Of a stretch of DNA of 64,000 nt, positions 26,501-39,800 are shown one piece after another; position 1 is the stretch's first letter, and every line of letters starts with the position of its first letter. The notes under the pieces are model-generated. The model was given only the letters and a program-made list of their open reading frames with translations. It was not told the DNA's origin and did no database searches. Both the position numbers and the translations under genes were made by a program. Origin of the DNA: Paraspadella gotoi (taxonomy: Eukaryota; Animalia; Chaetognatha); NCBI GenBank assembly GCA_051294375.1, contig CM119268.1, positions 12,342,493-12,406,492 of the forward strand, read 5' to 3'.

Positions 26501-28670
26501 CATTAAACAATCCTCGCTCAGTCATTCCCAATTCTTTCGGTATTTAAAAATCTCGCGCCCTTCTCAGGCGGGAATAGGAGGCCCCAACGCTGGGCTCGCC
26601 TCCCATCCCCGCTCCGAGTCCTCGGTTCCCAAGAGTTAAACTCGCGGTTTCATTACTAATTCATGACTTGTGTTTCTTATGTTGATTTGGTTCGTGAGCG
26701 GATTTTAAAGGAAAAACAAGCGAAAAGACGGGAAACGGTTTTCGGGCTTCATATTTTTATCTGGGAATGTGGTTTTTTTTATTTTTACTCATCTTTGAAT
26801 TTATTACCGTTTTTTGGGACTATGTCTCACGAAAATGTTCATAATTTTGAAGGGTGGATGTTGTTCGAGAAGTTGCGTAAACGCTTAGATATTAAGTAAG
26901 TTCTATGATATAGATAACTGTGTACCGTGAGCGTATGCATCCGAATAGGCTAATAATATTTGTAAAGGTAAAAAAAGTTGAAAGGTTCAAATTACGTACT
27001 TTTGAAATAGCATTCTTTTTTTTCCCCCCCAAGTGTTGTTTCTAGTATTTAGAGAGCAAAGCTTGAAAATAAAACGGCACGGCCGCTCAAGAGCTTAAGC
27101 AAAATTCAAAAGCGGATGAAAAAAAATTCTCCGTCGCGTTTGAAACTTTAGTAGAAAGAAGGTAGGGAGAAAAGGAGAGTAGAAAAAAAGATAATACATT
27201 CATCTAATTGCCTTTTTTTATTGCTGCGAATGGAAATAAGTCTTTTGTTGTTTCTCTGCCGAGCAAGACGCCATAAATTCCACCGTCAACTATACAATGT
27301 AGGGGAGATAATTCTTTTCGTGCGCAGCGAAAAGAAATTATGCTAAAAAAAGCGCAAAGGTTTTAAATGTTGTCTCCATTTAACTTTCTTATTATTTATT
27401 AACGATGTATTTTGGTTAAAAGTCTAATTTTAACACGAAGGAGGAATTATAACCAGACAATTCATCTGGTTATTAAAATCAATCACTCCATCTATGCATA
27501 CTGCGTAAAGTGCATAAAGCACAAAAGTCAAATTTTTGTTTCTACACAACTTGACAATTTCCGTTGGTCATAGAACATGGAATCTGAGGTAATTTACACA
27601 GAGGCCGCCGACTGATCAGACAAACGAGGCCCGTAACAAAGAAAAGCGGCCGTTTCCTTTTTTTTCCATTTTTTTTTCTTTTTTTATTAAATTTTATTCT
27701 TACCCTTTTTTTTCTGACTTTCAATTCATTTCTCATCGCGCATAGAGAACTTGCAAGGTTGCCACTTTTTCTATGTCGCGAGTTCCCACAGATTCCCGAT
27801 GCGTTCAGAGACCACAAGGTCTTTCTCTTTTTATTTTTTTCCCTTTCGTCTTTCGCTCCTTTCAAAATCCTCCTCGTTCTTTCTAAGACGATTTGGAATT
27901 TTTTCAATCTTGTTTTTTCTACGATATATCCGGTTATAATAGTCTTTTAATGAAGATTATCTTTAAACTTTTTTTTTAAATTGTATTATGTCTAATTTGC
28001 CTCGAGTCCACAGTTCTTGTCATTTTACATCTTCTTCTTTCAGTTCTACCTTAAATTTTTCCTGAACGATCAATGACGGTGAAAAAAACTTGCTTCCCTC
28101 AACAAATTGGAAGCAGTTACCATTTGTCTCAATCGCCATTTCTTTCGTCCATTCGTTTGTACATCCTTCAGTCAACATTAGCGAGCGTTTACTACCTTCG
28201 CATTTTTTCCCGCCATAATTTTTCACTTTTCTTTTTTTTTTTTCTTTCCTTCCTTCAATCCCCGTAGCGTTTTCGAGACCGCAAGGTTCCCCACTTTTTT
28301 TTTTCTCTCTCGTGATTTCAACATTGAAAAAGTTGAACAACCGAGATGACAAATTGCTCAGGGGAATTGAGCATGAAATAACGCTAGACGAGTAGAGAGA
28401 AAAGGAGGAAGGGGATAGAAGGAAGGAGAGAACGGGTTAATCAGAGAGAGAGAGAGAGACAGGAGAGAGAGAGAGAGAGGAAAGAGGAGTATTGAGAAAG
28501 AAGACGAGAAAGAGAGGAGAGCGTAGAGAGAGAGATCATGAGTGGCGGCATCGATAACATATAAATGGCCCATCAAGATGTAGTGGCTAGGAGCAGACTT
28601 CGCAAGAAAAGAAATGCCTATTTTCCCAAATTTGGAAAGGATGAGAGACGGAGAGAGGAACAGAGGAGGA

Positions 28671-28701
<31 letters not shown>

Positions 28702-31283
28702 TTCAGCTTTCCTTGATTTCCATCTGTTTTACTTTAATCGTTTTCTCGGAAATTGCAAATTCGAGTAGGAAATTTTTTAAACTAAGTAAACGTAACAAAA
28801 ACAATGAAGAATATCAAGAAATTCGATTTTTTGCTGATTTTATTATTTTTTTTTTTGTTATTCATCTTTTATTTATTTTTATTTCTTATTATAATTCATT
28901 TTATCAATATTTAGGTTTCCTCCTGCTTATTGACTGATTTTTATGGAGAGAAGACCAAGTTTTTAAACTCGTCGATTTAGTTGTTACAATTTTTAAAAAA
29001 TAGCACAATATAAGCTTGCAAAATTAATTAACTCAAGAATTGAAAAAGATATAACACAGAGAAATCAACTTATCGGGGTGTTTAGTGAGTTTAATGATGC
29101 AGATAGATCAGGACCCATTTTCGATTTGAAATAATCGTCTCAAATCTCCCTGGAAAAGGGAAAGGTAAGAGTCAGATATCGAATCCTCGGTCATCGATCT
29201 CCCTGTGGCAATGGCCACGTCGTTTCTTCTGAGCATTTGATCATAAAAATTATAATTAAGAATAAAACGAATATGAAGCGATAAAAATACAAAAATATGA
29301 GGACGGAATGACGAGATGGATCGTGGTGATAATCTGACTAAGAAGTGAGAATGAAAAGAAAAGATATTATGAAAAGAAAGAGTGAGAGAGATATAGAGAG
29401 AGAAAGGAAAAATATTAATAATAATCATAAAGTTATGCTTTAAAAGATTAAGATTTAGTGAAAGATGACACGTGTGAGTACAATTACAGTTGCAGGTACA
29501 TGCTTCGTTCAAGAGTGAGAAGAGAAAAAGAATACTAAGTGACCAAGGAGCGATATTTAATACCAGGTGACAGTCTCCACGGGAGAGCGATTAAGAATGG
29601 AAGATAAAAATCGGTGCGAGAGAGAAAAAGAGCGTCTGCCTGAGGGGAGGAAAGAAAAAAAAATAAAAAAAGGCGCGACAGAAAAAAAGAAAGAAAAAAA
29701 TAAAAGGAAAGAATCGATGGCGGAAAAGATAACAAAGAGAAACGAGTCGCTCGTGGGTTCCGTCGCTTCATTTTCTCAAATTGCTTATGGCAAATACAGC
29801 AATGGCGAATGGCGAATGGCGAATAGAGAATTCCATGTAGAGAGAGAGTGTCTGGGGGGAGGGAAAGACCAGACGACGCTGTCACGCTTGGAACGCTTCA
29901 TCTCGGGGTCTCGTTCTCTGTTGTTTCTGTATTTTCTCTCTTATGTATTTTCTCCACCTCTCTTTCTCTTTATCTCTCGCTCTTTCTCTCTCTCTCTCCT
30001 CTCTTTATCCTTCTTTTTGCACTCTTTCCCAAACTTACCTGTTCCAGTGAATCTCTTGTTTTTTTATAAAAAAAAAATCTCATTATGCAAATCTCGTTAA
30101 TCGAAGTTGATGCTTCGTTTCTGTTTCGCTTCAGCACGAAACGTCAGGTTCCTCTCGTTATCGTCGTCGTCTTTTATTAAATCCGTTACTTCTTTTTTTT
30201 TTTTGCGTCGCTGAGTTTTTTATGCGCCATTTTATTTCAATAGTGCCCAAACTGATTCAATTTTCAATTTCTCTTCATTAATTCTTTAATTTTATCTCTA
30301 ATATCTTGTGGATAAGGCGCTGAAGAGTGCTATCCGCAACTTTTTTAAACCCCTCTAGCAGCCATGGAAGGGGTCCTGAGCTTGAACCAAGTACGTGGTG
30401 GTCGTGAGATGGCTTTACTCAATGAGCCACCGGGTAACGACTGAAGGCGTCATGCTTATAGGCGGGGTGAGCTTATGCAATGCCCGACTACGATCTAACC
30501 CTGATCTCTTACCAAATATTTTTTACACCCGCATCCCTATCCCTTAGTCTTTTTTTTTAAAACAGCTAATACTTGAACTCTAACCTAAATAATCTGTAGC
30601 AATAACCATCTTCCTAATCTCTTAACCAGTTGAAGCCTAAGCGTCAAAGCTGACCTTATTTCACTACCTCAACCTTTCGGGAAAATCCCGGCCAATTTTT
30701 TTTTTTTTTTTTTTTTTTTTTTGGTGAAATCAATGTCGTTTCATGCCAAATTTTGATTATTCTCGAATTCGCGAAACCTACGCTAATCGATTAATTGGGT
30801 TCGTAGTTAATAGTTACGACGGTTCAAATGTCGAGTCAAGGACGAGCGTGACGTAACACTTTGCGTTCCTTTTTTTTTTCTCTCTCTTTTAATTATCTCG
30901 TTATCTCTAAATGAACGACGTGCTTTTCTCTCCCACTCGATGCCTGAAAAATGTAACTCGATAACTCGCACAATCTCCGCCCAAACGCCCCTGCAAGATC
31001 CGAAACAAACAGAGGTTTTCTAAATAAAAATATGAGTAACCCGGTAATTTTCTATAAATTTTTAAACGTTCATGCAATTCGTTGAGTTCCCTGGCTTATG
31101 TCTGAAAAGATGAGTAAATTTATTTAAAGTTCTAACTACTTAAAGCATAGTGAAACAAGTAAATTTAGCAACTTTTATATTTACGCTATTAGTTGTAAAT
31201 TTATATAATACTATACTTTTTCGCTTTCCAGGCGCTCGAACGAAGAATCGTGATAAACGATAATTGCAGGTTTACTCTGCAGA

Positions 31284-31328
<45 letters not shown>

Positions 31329-32125
31329 AGAGACTGCATCGCTTACATTCAATAAATTTTCATTGCGTCTCCCATTTCACGCGCCAAGGTTTCATCTTCG
31401 TTTAATTCACTGACTGTTCGTTAAGATTCCGCCGATTCATCACTCGGGGCTGCGACGGAGGCGTCTGGAAAGACGGCGGCGGCGGCGGCGGCGACGGAGG
31501 CGGCGGCGGCGGCGACGCAGGCGGCAGCGGAGGCGGCTGTGGCGGCGACGGTGGTTGCGAATGCGCAGGAGTCGGTGGCTGTGGCTGTAGAGGGGAAAAA
31601 GTGAACTGATGCCAGGCACCAGATTCCTTGATTATATCCAGGGACGGGTACTATTTTAAAAATACTAAATATCAAAAATATTTATTAAATCTTATCTCAA
31701 TCCCCAGCGACGATCTTAGCGTATTGTATGATCCGCTCGACGGTCGGGCAGACTGACGACGCCGACGGTCGGGCAGATTGAAGACGCCGACGGTCGGGCA
31801 GACTGACGAGTGACGACGCCCGCCTTTCACAGGCCGAGTTTGTCGGCTCGTCGGTGGCTTTCAGGTGGTGTCTGAATTCGTGTCGACTATGACGTCGGTG
31901 TTGACAGCAGCTGTGTCTGGCGACAGTCGAGTGTCTAACTGTCTATGGTCTGGTTCAGTTTCTTTGTCCTTTATCGAACAAAGAATATAGAAAAAAAAAG
32001 ATTTTTTCTCATTCTTATTATCTCTCTCTCTTTCTCTCTCTCTCTCTCTTTCTCTCCCTCTCTCCCTCTCTCTCCGCAAAAAGGAAAAAAACTGGGATTA
32101 ACATAAAACAGTGAAAAATGTTTTA
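18015..32125 (+). repeat. Copy B: direct duplicate of ~1671-15934
   Basis: Colinear throughout, with differences dominated by single-base indels in homopolymers. Confidence 0.96.
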
Positions 32126-32194
32126 NNNNNNNNNNNNNNNNNNNNNNNNNNNNNNNNNNNNNNNNNNNNNNNNNNNNNNNNNNNNNNNNNNNNN
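32126..32194. other. Assembly gap (69 N), followed by a re-reading of the last ~90 bp of copy B (32195-32283)
   Basis: N run. The motif ctccgcaaaaaggaaaaa..ctgggattaacataaaacagtgaaaaatgtttta occurs on both sides. Confidence 0.97.
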
Positions 32195-32283
32195 CTCTCT
32201 CTCTCTCTCTCTCTCCCTCTCTCCCTCTCTCTCCGCAAAAAGGAAAAAACTGGGATTAACATAAAACAGTGAAAAATGTTTTA

Positions 32284-33785
32284 ACTCTCCCTCTCTACTC
32301 CTCTCGCCTCTCCCTCCTCTTCCGTCGCCATCCAATTTTCTCCAAGTGGTCGTTCTCGATATTGCATCTCATTCAAAAGAGTTAATAGACGACGCCGACC
32401 GTAAAAAAAAACATTTTTTCACTTTTATGGTAATCCAGTTTCTATCCTTTTTGCGGAGAGAGAGGAGAGAGCGGAGAAGAGAGAGAGAGAAAGAAAAAGA
32501 GGAGCAGAGAAATAATAGAAATGAAATTAATCTTTTTTCTATATTCTTTGTTCGATAAAGACAAAGAAACTGAAAAAACCAGACCATAGACAGTTAGAAC
32601 ACTCGACTGTCGCCAGACACAGCTGCTGTCAACACCCGACTCATAGTCGACACGAATTCAGGAACCACCGAAAGCCATCGACGAAGCCGACAAACTCGGC
32701 TGTGAAAGGCGGGCGTCGTCACTCGTCCCAGTCTGACCGACTTCGGCGGCTGTCCAATCATGCCGAACCGCTCGCGTCGTCAGTCTGCCCCGACCGTCGA
32801 GCGGATCATACAATAACTGCTAAGATCGCGGCTGGGGATTGAGATAAGATTTAATAAATATTTTTGATATTTAGTATTTTTAAAATAGTACCGTCCACAT
32901 GGATTTTTATATCAGAAATCTGGTGCTGGCATCAGTTCACTTTTTCCCCCTCTACAGCCACAGCCACCGACTATCCTGCGCATTCGCAACCAGCCGTCAG
33001 CGCCACAGCGCTCTCCCTGCCGCCTCGCGTCGGCCTCGCGTCGCCGCCGCCGCCGCCCGCCGGCCGCGCCTATCCAGACGCCTCCGATCGCAGCCCCGAG
33101 TGAGAATCGGCGGAATCTTAACGAACAGTCAGTGAATTAAAAACCGAAAGATGAAACCTTGGCGCGTGAATGGGGACCGCATGAAATTTATTTGAAATGT
33201 AAGCGATGCCAGTCTCGCGGCCGCCGCCCAGGCCGCCGCCGCCGCCCCTCTGCAGAGTAAACCTGCAATTATCGTTTATCACGATTCTTCGTTCGACGCC
33301 TGAAAGCGAAAATAATAGTATTTAATAAACTTTACAACAAAGCGTATAATATAAAAGTTGCTAATTTACTTGTTTCACTATGCTTTAAGTAGTAGAACTT
33401 TAAATAAATTTACTCATTTTCAGACATAAGACCAGGGAACTCAAGCAATTGCATGAACGTTTAAAAATTTATAGGAAAATTACCGGGTTTACTCATATTT
33501 TTATTTAGAAAACCTTTGTTTGTTTACGGATCTGCAGGGGCGTTTGGGCGGAGATTGTGCGAAAGTTATCGAGTTACAATTCGATTCGATGAAGCTCGTT
33601 CATTTTAAGATAACGAGATATTAATAAGAGAGAGGGAAAAAAAAGAACGCAAAGTGTACTTACTCACGTCGTCTTGACTTCGACATTGAACGTCGTAACT
33701 ATTACTACGAACCACATAAATACGCATTAGCGTAGTTCCGGAATTCGAGAATAAATCAAATTTGCATGAACGACATTGATTTCAC

Positions 33786-33820
<35 letters not shown>

Positions 33821-36800
33821 GCCGGGATTTTGCCACGAAATAGCCAAGTTGAGGTAAGTGAAAAAGCGTCAGCTTTGACGCTTAGGCTTAGACGTTAAAC
33901 GTAGAGTTAGGATAGGAGCGTTATTGCCTACAGATTAGATTTGGTTCAGTATTACATGTTTTAAAGGATAAGGATAGGGATCAGGGTTAAAAATATTTGG
34001 TAAGAGATCAGGTAGATCGTAGTCGGGCAATATGCATAAGCTCACCCGCCTATAAGCATGAACGCCTCAGTCGTTACCCGGTGGCTCATTGAGTAGAAGC
34101 CATCTTCACGAAACCACCACGTTAACTTGGCTTCAAGCTCAGGACCCTTCCATGGCTGCTAGAGGTTTAAAAAGTGCGGATAGCACTCTTCAGCGCCTTA
34201 TCCACAACGATATTAGAGATAAATTAAAGAATTATTGAAGAGAAATTGAAAATTGAATCCAGTTTGGGCACTAATTGAAATAAAATGGCGCATAAAAAAC
34301 TCAGCGACGCAAAAAAAAAAAAAAAAAAAGTAGTAACGGATTTAATAAAAGACGACGACGATACGAAGGACACCTGACGTTTTGCTGAGACGAAACAGAA
34401 ACGAAGCAATCAACTCGACTTAACGTAGATTATGCTATATGAGATTTTTTTTTTTATAAAAAAACCAAGAGATTCACTGGAACGGTAAGTTTGGGAAAAG
34501 GTGCAAAAAGAAGATAAAAGAGGAGAGAGAGAGAGAAAGAGAGCGAGAGAAAAGAGAAAGAGAGGTGGAGAAAATACAAAGAGAGAAACATACAGAAACA
34601 ACAAGCGGAAGAGACCCCGAGAATGAAGCGTCCAAGCGTGACAGCGTCGTCTAGGATCTTTCCTCCCCCCAGACACTCTCTCTCTCACTGAATTCTCCTA
34701 TTCGCCATTCCCATTCGCCATCCTGCTGTATTCCATAAGCAATTTAGAGAAAATGAAGCGACGAAACCACAGCGACCGTTTCTCTTTGTTATCTTTTCCG
34801 CCAGTCGATTCTTTCCTTTTTTTTTTCTTTCTTTTTTCTGTCGCGCCTTTTTATTTTTTTTTCTCCTCCCCTCAGGCAGACGCTCTTTTTCTCTCTCGCA
34901 ACCGATTTTTATCTTCCATTCTTATCGCCTCCTCCCGTGGAGACTGGTCACCTGGTATTAATTATGCGCTCCTTGGTTCACTTTTGATGTTTTCTCCTTC
35001 TCACTTGTGAATGAAGCATGTACCTGCAACTGTAAATTGTACTCACACGTGTCATGCTTTCACTAAATCTTAATCGTTTTAAGCGATAACTTTATGATTC
35101 ATTATTACATATCTTTTCCTTTCCCTCATATCTACTCTGAACTCTTTCTTTCATAATATCTTTTCATTTTCATTCGTCACGTTCTTAGTCAGATTATCAC
35201 CAACGATCCATGCTCGTCATTACCGTCCTCATATTTTTCGTATTTTTATCGCTTCCATATTCGTTTTATATCTTAATTATAATTTTTATGATCAAAAATG
35301 CTCAGAAGAAACGACAGATGGCCAATTGCCACAGGGAGATCGAATGACCGAGCGATTCGAATCTGACTCTTTACCTTCCCTTTATCCACGGGAGAATTGA
35401 GAACGATTAATTCAAATCCGAAAATGGGTCCTAATGCTATCTGCATCATATAACTCACTAAACACCCACGATAAGTTGATTCTTCTCTGTTTTATATCTT
35501 TTTTCATTCTTAGTTAATTACATTTTGCAAAGCTATATATTGTGCTATTTTTTAAAAATTGTAACAACTAAATCGACCGAGCTTAAAAACTTGGTCTTCT
35601 CTCCATAAAAATCAGATCATTAAAGAGGAGGACCTACAAATATTGATAAAATAATTATACTAAAGAAATAAAAATAAAATAAAAGATGTGAAATAACAAA
35701 AAAAACATAATAAATCAGCAAAAAATGACGAATATTCTTGAATATTCTTCATTGTTTTGTATACGTTTACTTAGTTTACATAAAATTTCCTAACTCGGAA
35801 TTTGCCAATTTTCCCGCAGAAACCATTAAAGTAAACAGGATGGATATCAAGGAAAGCTGAACTTCTCTCTTCCCTCTCTCTCCATCTCTCTCTCCTCCAT
35901 CCTTTCTCCTCTCTCTCGTTCTCTCTCTCTCATCTCTAAATTTGGAAATGAAGGCATTTTCTTTTCTTGCCGAAGTCTGCTCAGCCACTACATCTTGATG
36001 CCATTTAATGTTATCGATGCGCCAACTTCATGATCTCTCCCTCTCTCTCCTTCCTCTCTCTTCATCGTCTACTCTTCGCCATTCTCTCTTCTCTTTGCTC
36101 TTTCTGATCGCTCTTCCTCTCTCCATCTTCTGTCTCTCTCTCTCCTCTCTGATAACGCCGTCTCTTCCTTCCTTCTATCCCCTTCCTCCTTTCTCTCTAC
36201 TCTCGTAGCGTTTTCATGCTCATTCCCTGAGCTTTTGTCATCTCGGTTGTTCAACTTTTCAATGTTGGAAAGATCACGAAGAGAGAAAAAAAAAGCTGGG
36301 GAACACTTGCGGTCTCGTAAAAACGCTACGGGGATTGAAGAGAAGGAAAGAAAATAAAAAAAAAAGTGCAAAAAATTATGGCGGGAAAAAATGCGAGGGA
36401 TAGTAAACGCTCGCTAATTTGACTGAAAGGATGTACAAACGATGACCGAAGAAATGGCGATTGAGACAAATTAACTGCCTTCCAATTTGTTGAAGGGAAA
36501 GCAAAGTTTTTTACGTCATTGATCGTTCAGCTGAAAAATTATAGGTTAACTGAAGAAGAAAGATGTAAAAGACAAGAACTGTGGACTCGAGGCACAATTG
36601 CATAAACAATTTAAGAAAACAAAGTTTAATAAGATAATTCTTCATTAAACAGACTATTATAACCGGATATAATCGTAGAAGAAAACAAGATGTTGAAAAA
36701 AATCCACAATCGTCTAGAAAGAAAAGAGGCAGGTATTGAAAGGAGCGAAAGACGAGGAAAGGAAATAAAGAAAAGACCTTTGGGTCTCTAGAACGCATCG

Positions 36801-39800
36801 GAATCTGTGGAACTCGCGACTAGAAAAGGACCTGCAAGTTCTCTTGCCCGATGAGTAGAATTGAAGTGGAAAGTCAGAAAAAAAAAGGAAGAATAAAAAT
36901 TTAATAAAATAAAGAAAAAAAATGGAAAAAAAAAAAGGAAACGGCCGCTTTTCTTGTTACGGGCCTCGTTTTGTCTGATCGCTCGGCGGTTCCTGGTGTA
37001 AATTACCCAGATTGTACCATGTCTATGACCAGACGGAAATTGCATTGCTGTAGAACAAAATAATTTTGTGCGTTTATGCCTTACGCAGTTGCATAGTGAG
37101 TGATTGATTGTAATAACCAGAGAATTGTCGGTTATAATTCCTCCTTCGTGTTAAAAATAGACTTTTAACCAAAATACATCGTTATAATAGATAAGAAAGT
37201 AAATGGAGACAAACATTTAAAACCTTGCGCTTTTATTTTAGGATAATTTCTATTTCGCGCGCACGAAAAGATATCTCCCCTACAATTGTTATAGTTGACG
37301 GTGTGGAAGTTTATGGCGTCCTTGCTCGGCAGAGAAACGAACTAAAAGAGCTTATTCCATTTCGGCAGCAATAAAAAAAGCAATTAGACATAATGTATTA
37401 TCTTTTTTCCTAACTCATCCTTTTTCTCCACTAACGCTTTTTCATCTAAACAGTTTCAACGCGACGGAGAATTTTTTCATCCGCTTTTGTTGCTTAAGCT
37501 CTTGAGGCGCGATTGCCGATTTATTTTCAAGCTGTTGCTCTCTAATACTAGAAACAACCACTTGGGGGGAAGAAAGAAATGCTATTTCAAAAGTACGTAA
37601 TTGAACCTTTCAATTTATTTTTACTTTACAAATATTCTTAAGCACTATTCGATCATACGCTCACGGTACACAGTTATCCTATATCATAGAAACTTACTAA
37701 TATCTAGCGTTTACGGCAACTTCTCGACAACATCCACCCTTCAAAAATTATGAACATTTTACGTGAGACATTATCCCAAAAAACGGTAAATAATTCAAAG
37801 ATGAGTAAAAATAAAAAAAACACACTTCCCAGAAAAAATAAATGAACCCGAAAACCGTTTCCCGTCGTTTTCGCTTGTTTCTCTTTAAAAATCCGCTTCA
37901 CGAAACAATCAACATAAGAAAACACAAGTCATGAATTAGTAATGAAACCGCGAGTATAACTCTTGGAACCGAGGACTCGGAGCGGGGGATGGGAGGCGAG
38001 CCAGCCGTTCGTTGGGGGGCCTCCTATCCGCCTGAGCAAGGGCGCGGGATTTTAGAAGTACCCTGAAAGAATTGGAAGATGACTGAGCGAGGAATTGTTT
38101 TAATGCTAAGTTCAGATTGGTTAGTTTGGATAGGCTAAACGTTTAAAAGAATGGCTAGAGAATTGACAACCGAGTAAATATTTCATATTGTATGGAACGA
38201 TTGTAAAAAAAAAAAAAAAAATTATTGAATTCTACCAGAAAAGAAAAGTGACTGTAGAGCAACGACGCAGACTAAGAATAGTGGAACAAAAAGAAGCAAG
38301 CGCAATCGTAAAAAAAGTAATTTCCTCGCATAGCCCGACCGTATGTTTGATGTGAGCGGCTCTGAGCAGACTGATGGAAGAAATGTCGGGCCGAGGTATT
38401 GCGTAAATGGTGGTGCGAAGAGAAAATATATTTCAGTGCAGAGAAATTCCCAGGAATCGATCCAGGCTTCGGACGAATTACTAAGTTTCCAAACGAAGAA
38501 ACTTTGAGCCCTAATTCTGGATTCATGGAATAAAAGAAAGGGTATGGAGGACGTTTAGGTCAGTAAATAATGTATTGTTTCGGAATACGGGCTCACTGAC
38601 TCTACTTACCTTCCTGAATTTAGGACAACGGCACAGCTGTTAGATTAAGGGTCCACATAAAATTCAAATTTATCCTTCTCGTACAATACCTACATTTCAA
38701 AAGAAAACCTTAAAGAACAAAATTTTTGCCCTCTAGAACTTATGACTATACGGTGTACCACAATTGTCTTACTCATTTATGGGATTATGTTGGAAGAAAT
38801 CAGTGAAAACGTTTCCTCTTTTTTTTTAAATAGTTGTACTAGCGCGTCAGAAATCTAGAAGAACTCGGAAATTTTATTCTGACAAATTTTGCCTCTTCAG
38901 CTGACGTTTATGACTATATCTCAGAAATCATTTGTAGGAATTAAAACTGGTTTTTGCAAGTTGAAATTATTGATATCATCCTCCAGGACGCGCCATTAAA
39001 AATAATAAAAAAAATATATATGATATTAGCTCTCGGGTGAGGTAATCTAGTATATTTTATTAAAAAAAATCACCCAAAGTCCAGGAAACTGTGCGATCGA
39101 AAGACAATATTTCTCAATCTCTCTCTGTCTCAGTCGTACATTATCTTCCCGTTAGATTCCATTTTTTCTCTACAGTGTTTGATCATTAAACAACTGTCTC
39201 TTTACTAGTCTGGCGACAGTTTTTTGTTCCTTTTTTTGCTCATCACTCTTTTTCCCTTCTAATTCTTCCTTTTCGTCATCCTCGTCTTCGTCTTCTGCCT
39301 CGTCTCGTCCGTTGTCGTCGTCGTCGTCGTACGACAAGTTCCATCAGTTGTCTTTCTTACGTCAGCCAGTAATCAATAAACGCCTGTCACGACGGACGAG
39401 CGTTAATCGCCGATTTTCGACGGAAAACGCGTTTTTTTTTTTCCAGTTCGCGTCAGCGCGCATGCGCGGGTGAGTGGACGCATCTTGACTCTTTCGCGTG
39501 CACCGGCGTGAGTGAAACGTACCTCATTTTCGTTTCATGTTTGTCGCGAAAAATTATTTAATGCTTTGTGCATTTCTCAATTGAAGGCCGGAGCGTTCGC
39601 AGTGGTCATAATCAATGGAAGGACACGTTTTTGCTCTCAGGCGCACTCATTTTTTGCTCGTTGTACTGTGTGCGTTATTATCGGGGATTAATAAGATCAA
39701 GCGATTGCGTTCGCTTTGCACCCGGTTTGATTAAACGTTCTTGGAAATCGACGGTGAAGCGTTCGTTTTTATTTTTCATTTTTTTTGTATAAAGATATTA

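Noticed and set aside
31284-31328. Pure (GGC)n expansion specific to copy B
   Set aside because: A and C both show an interrupted tract of similar length, so the purity is likely a consensus or polishing effect.
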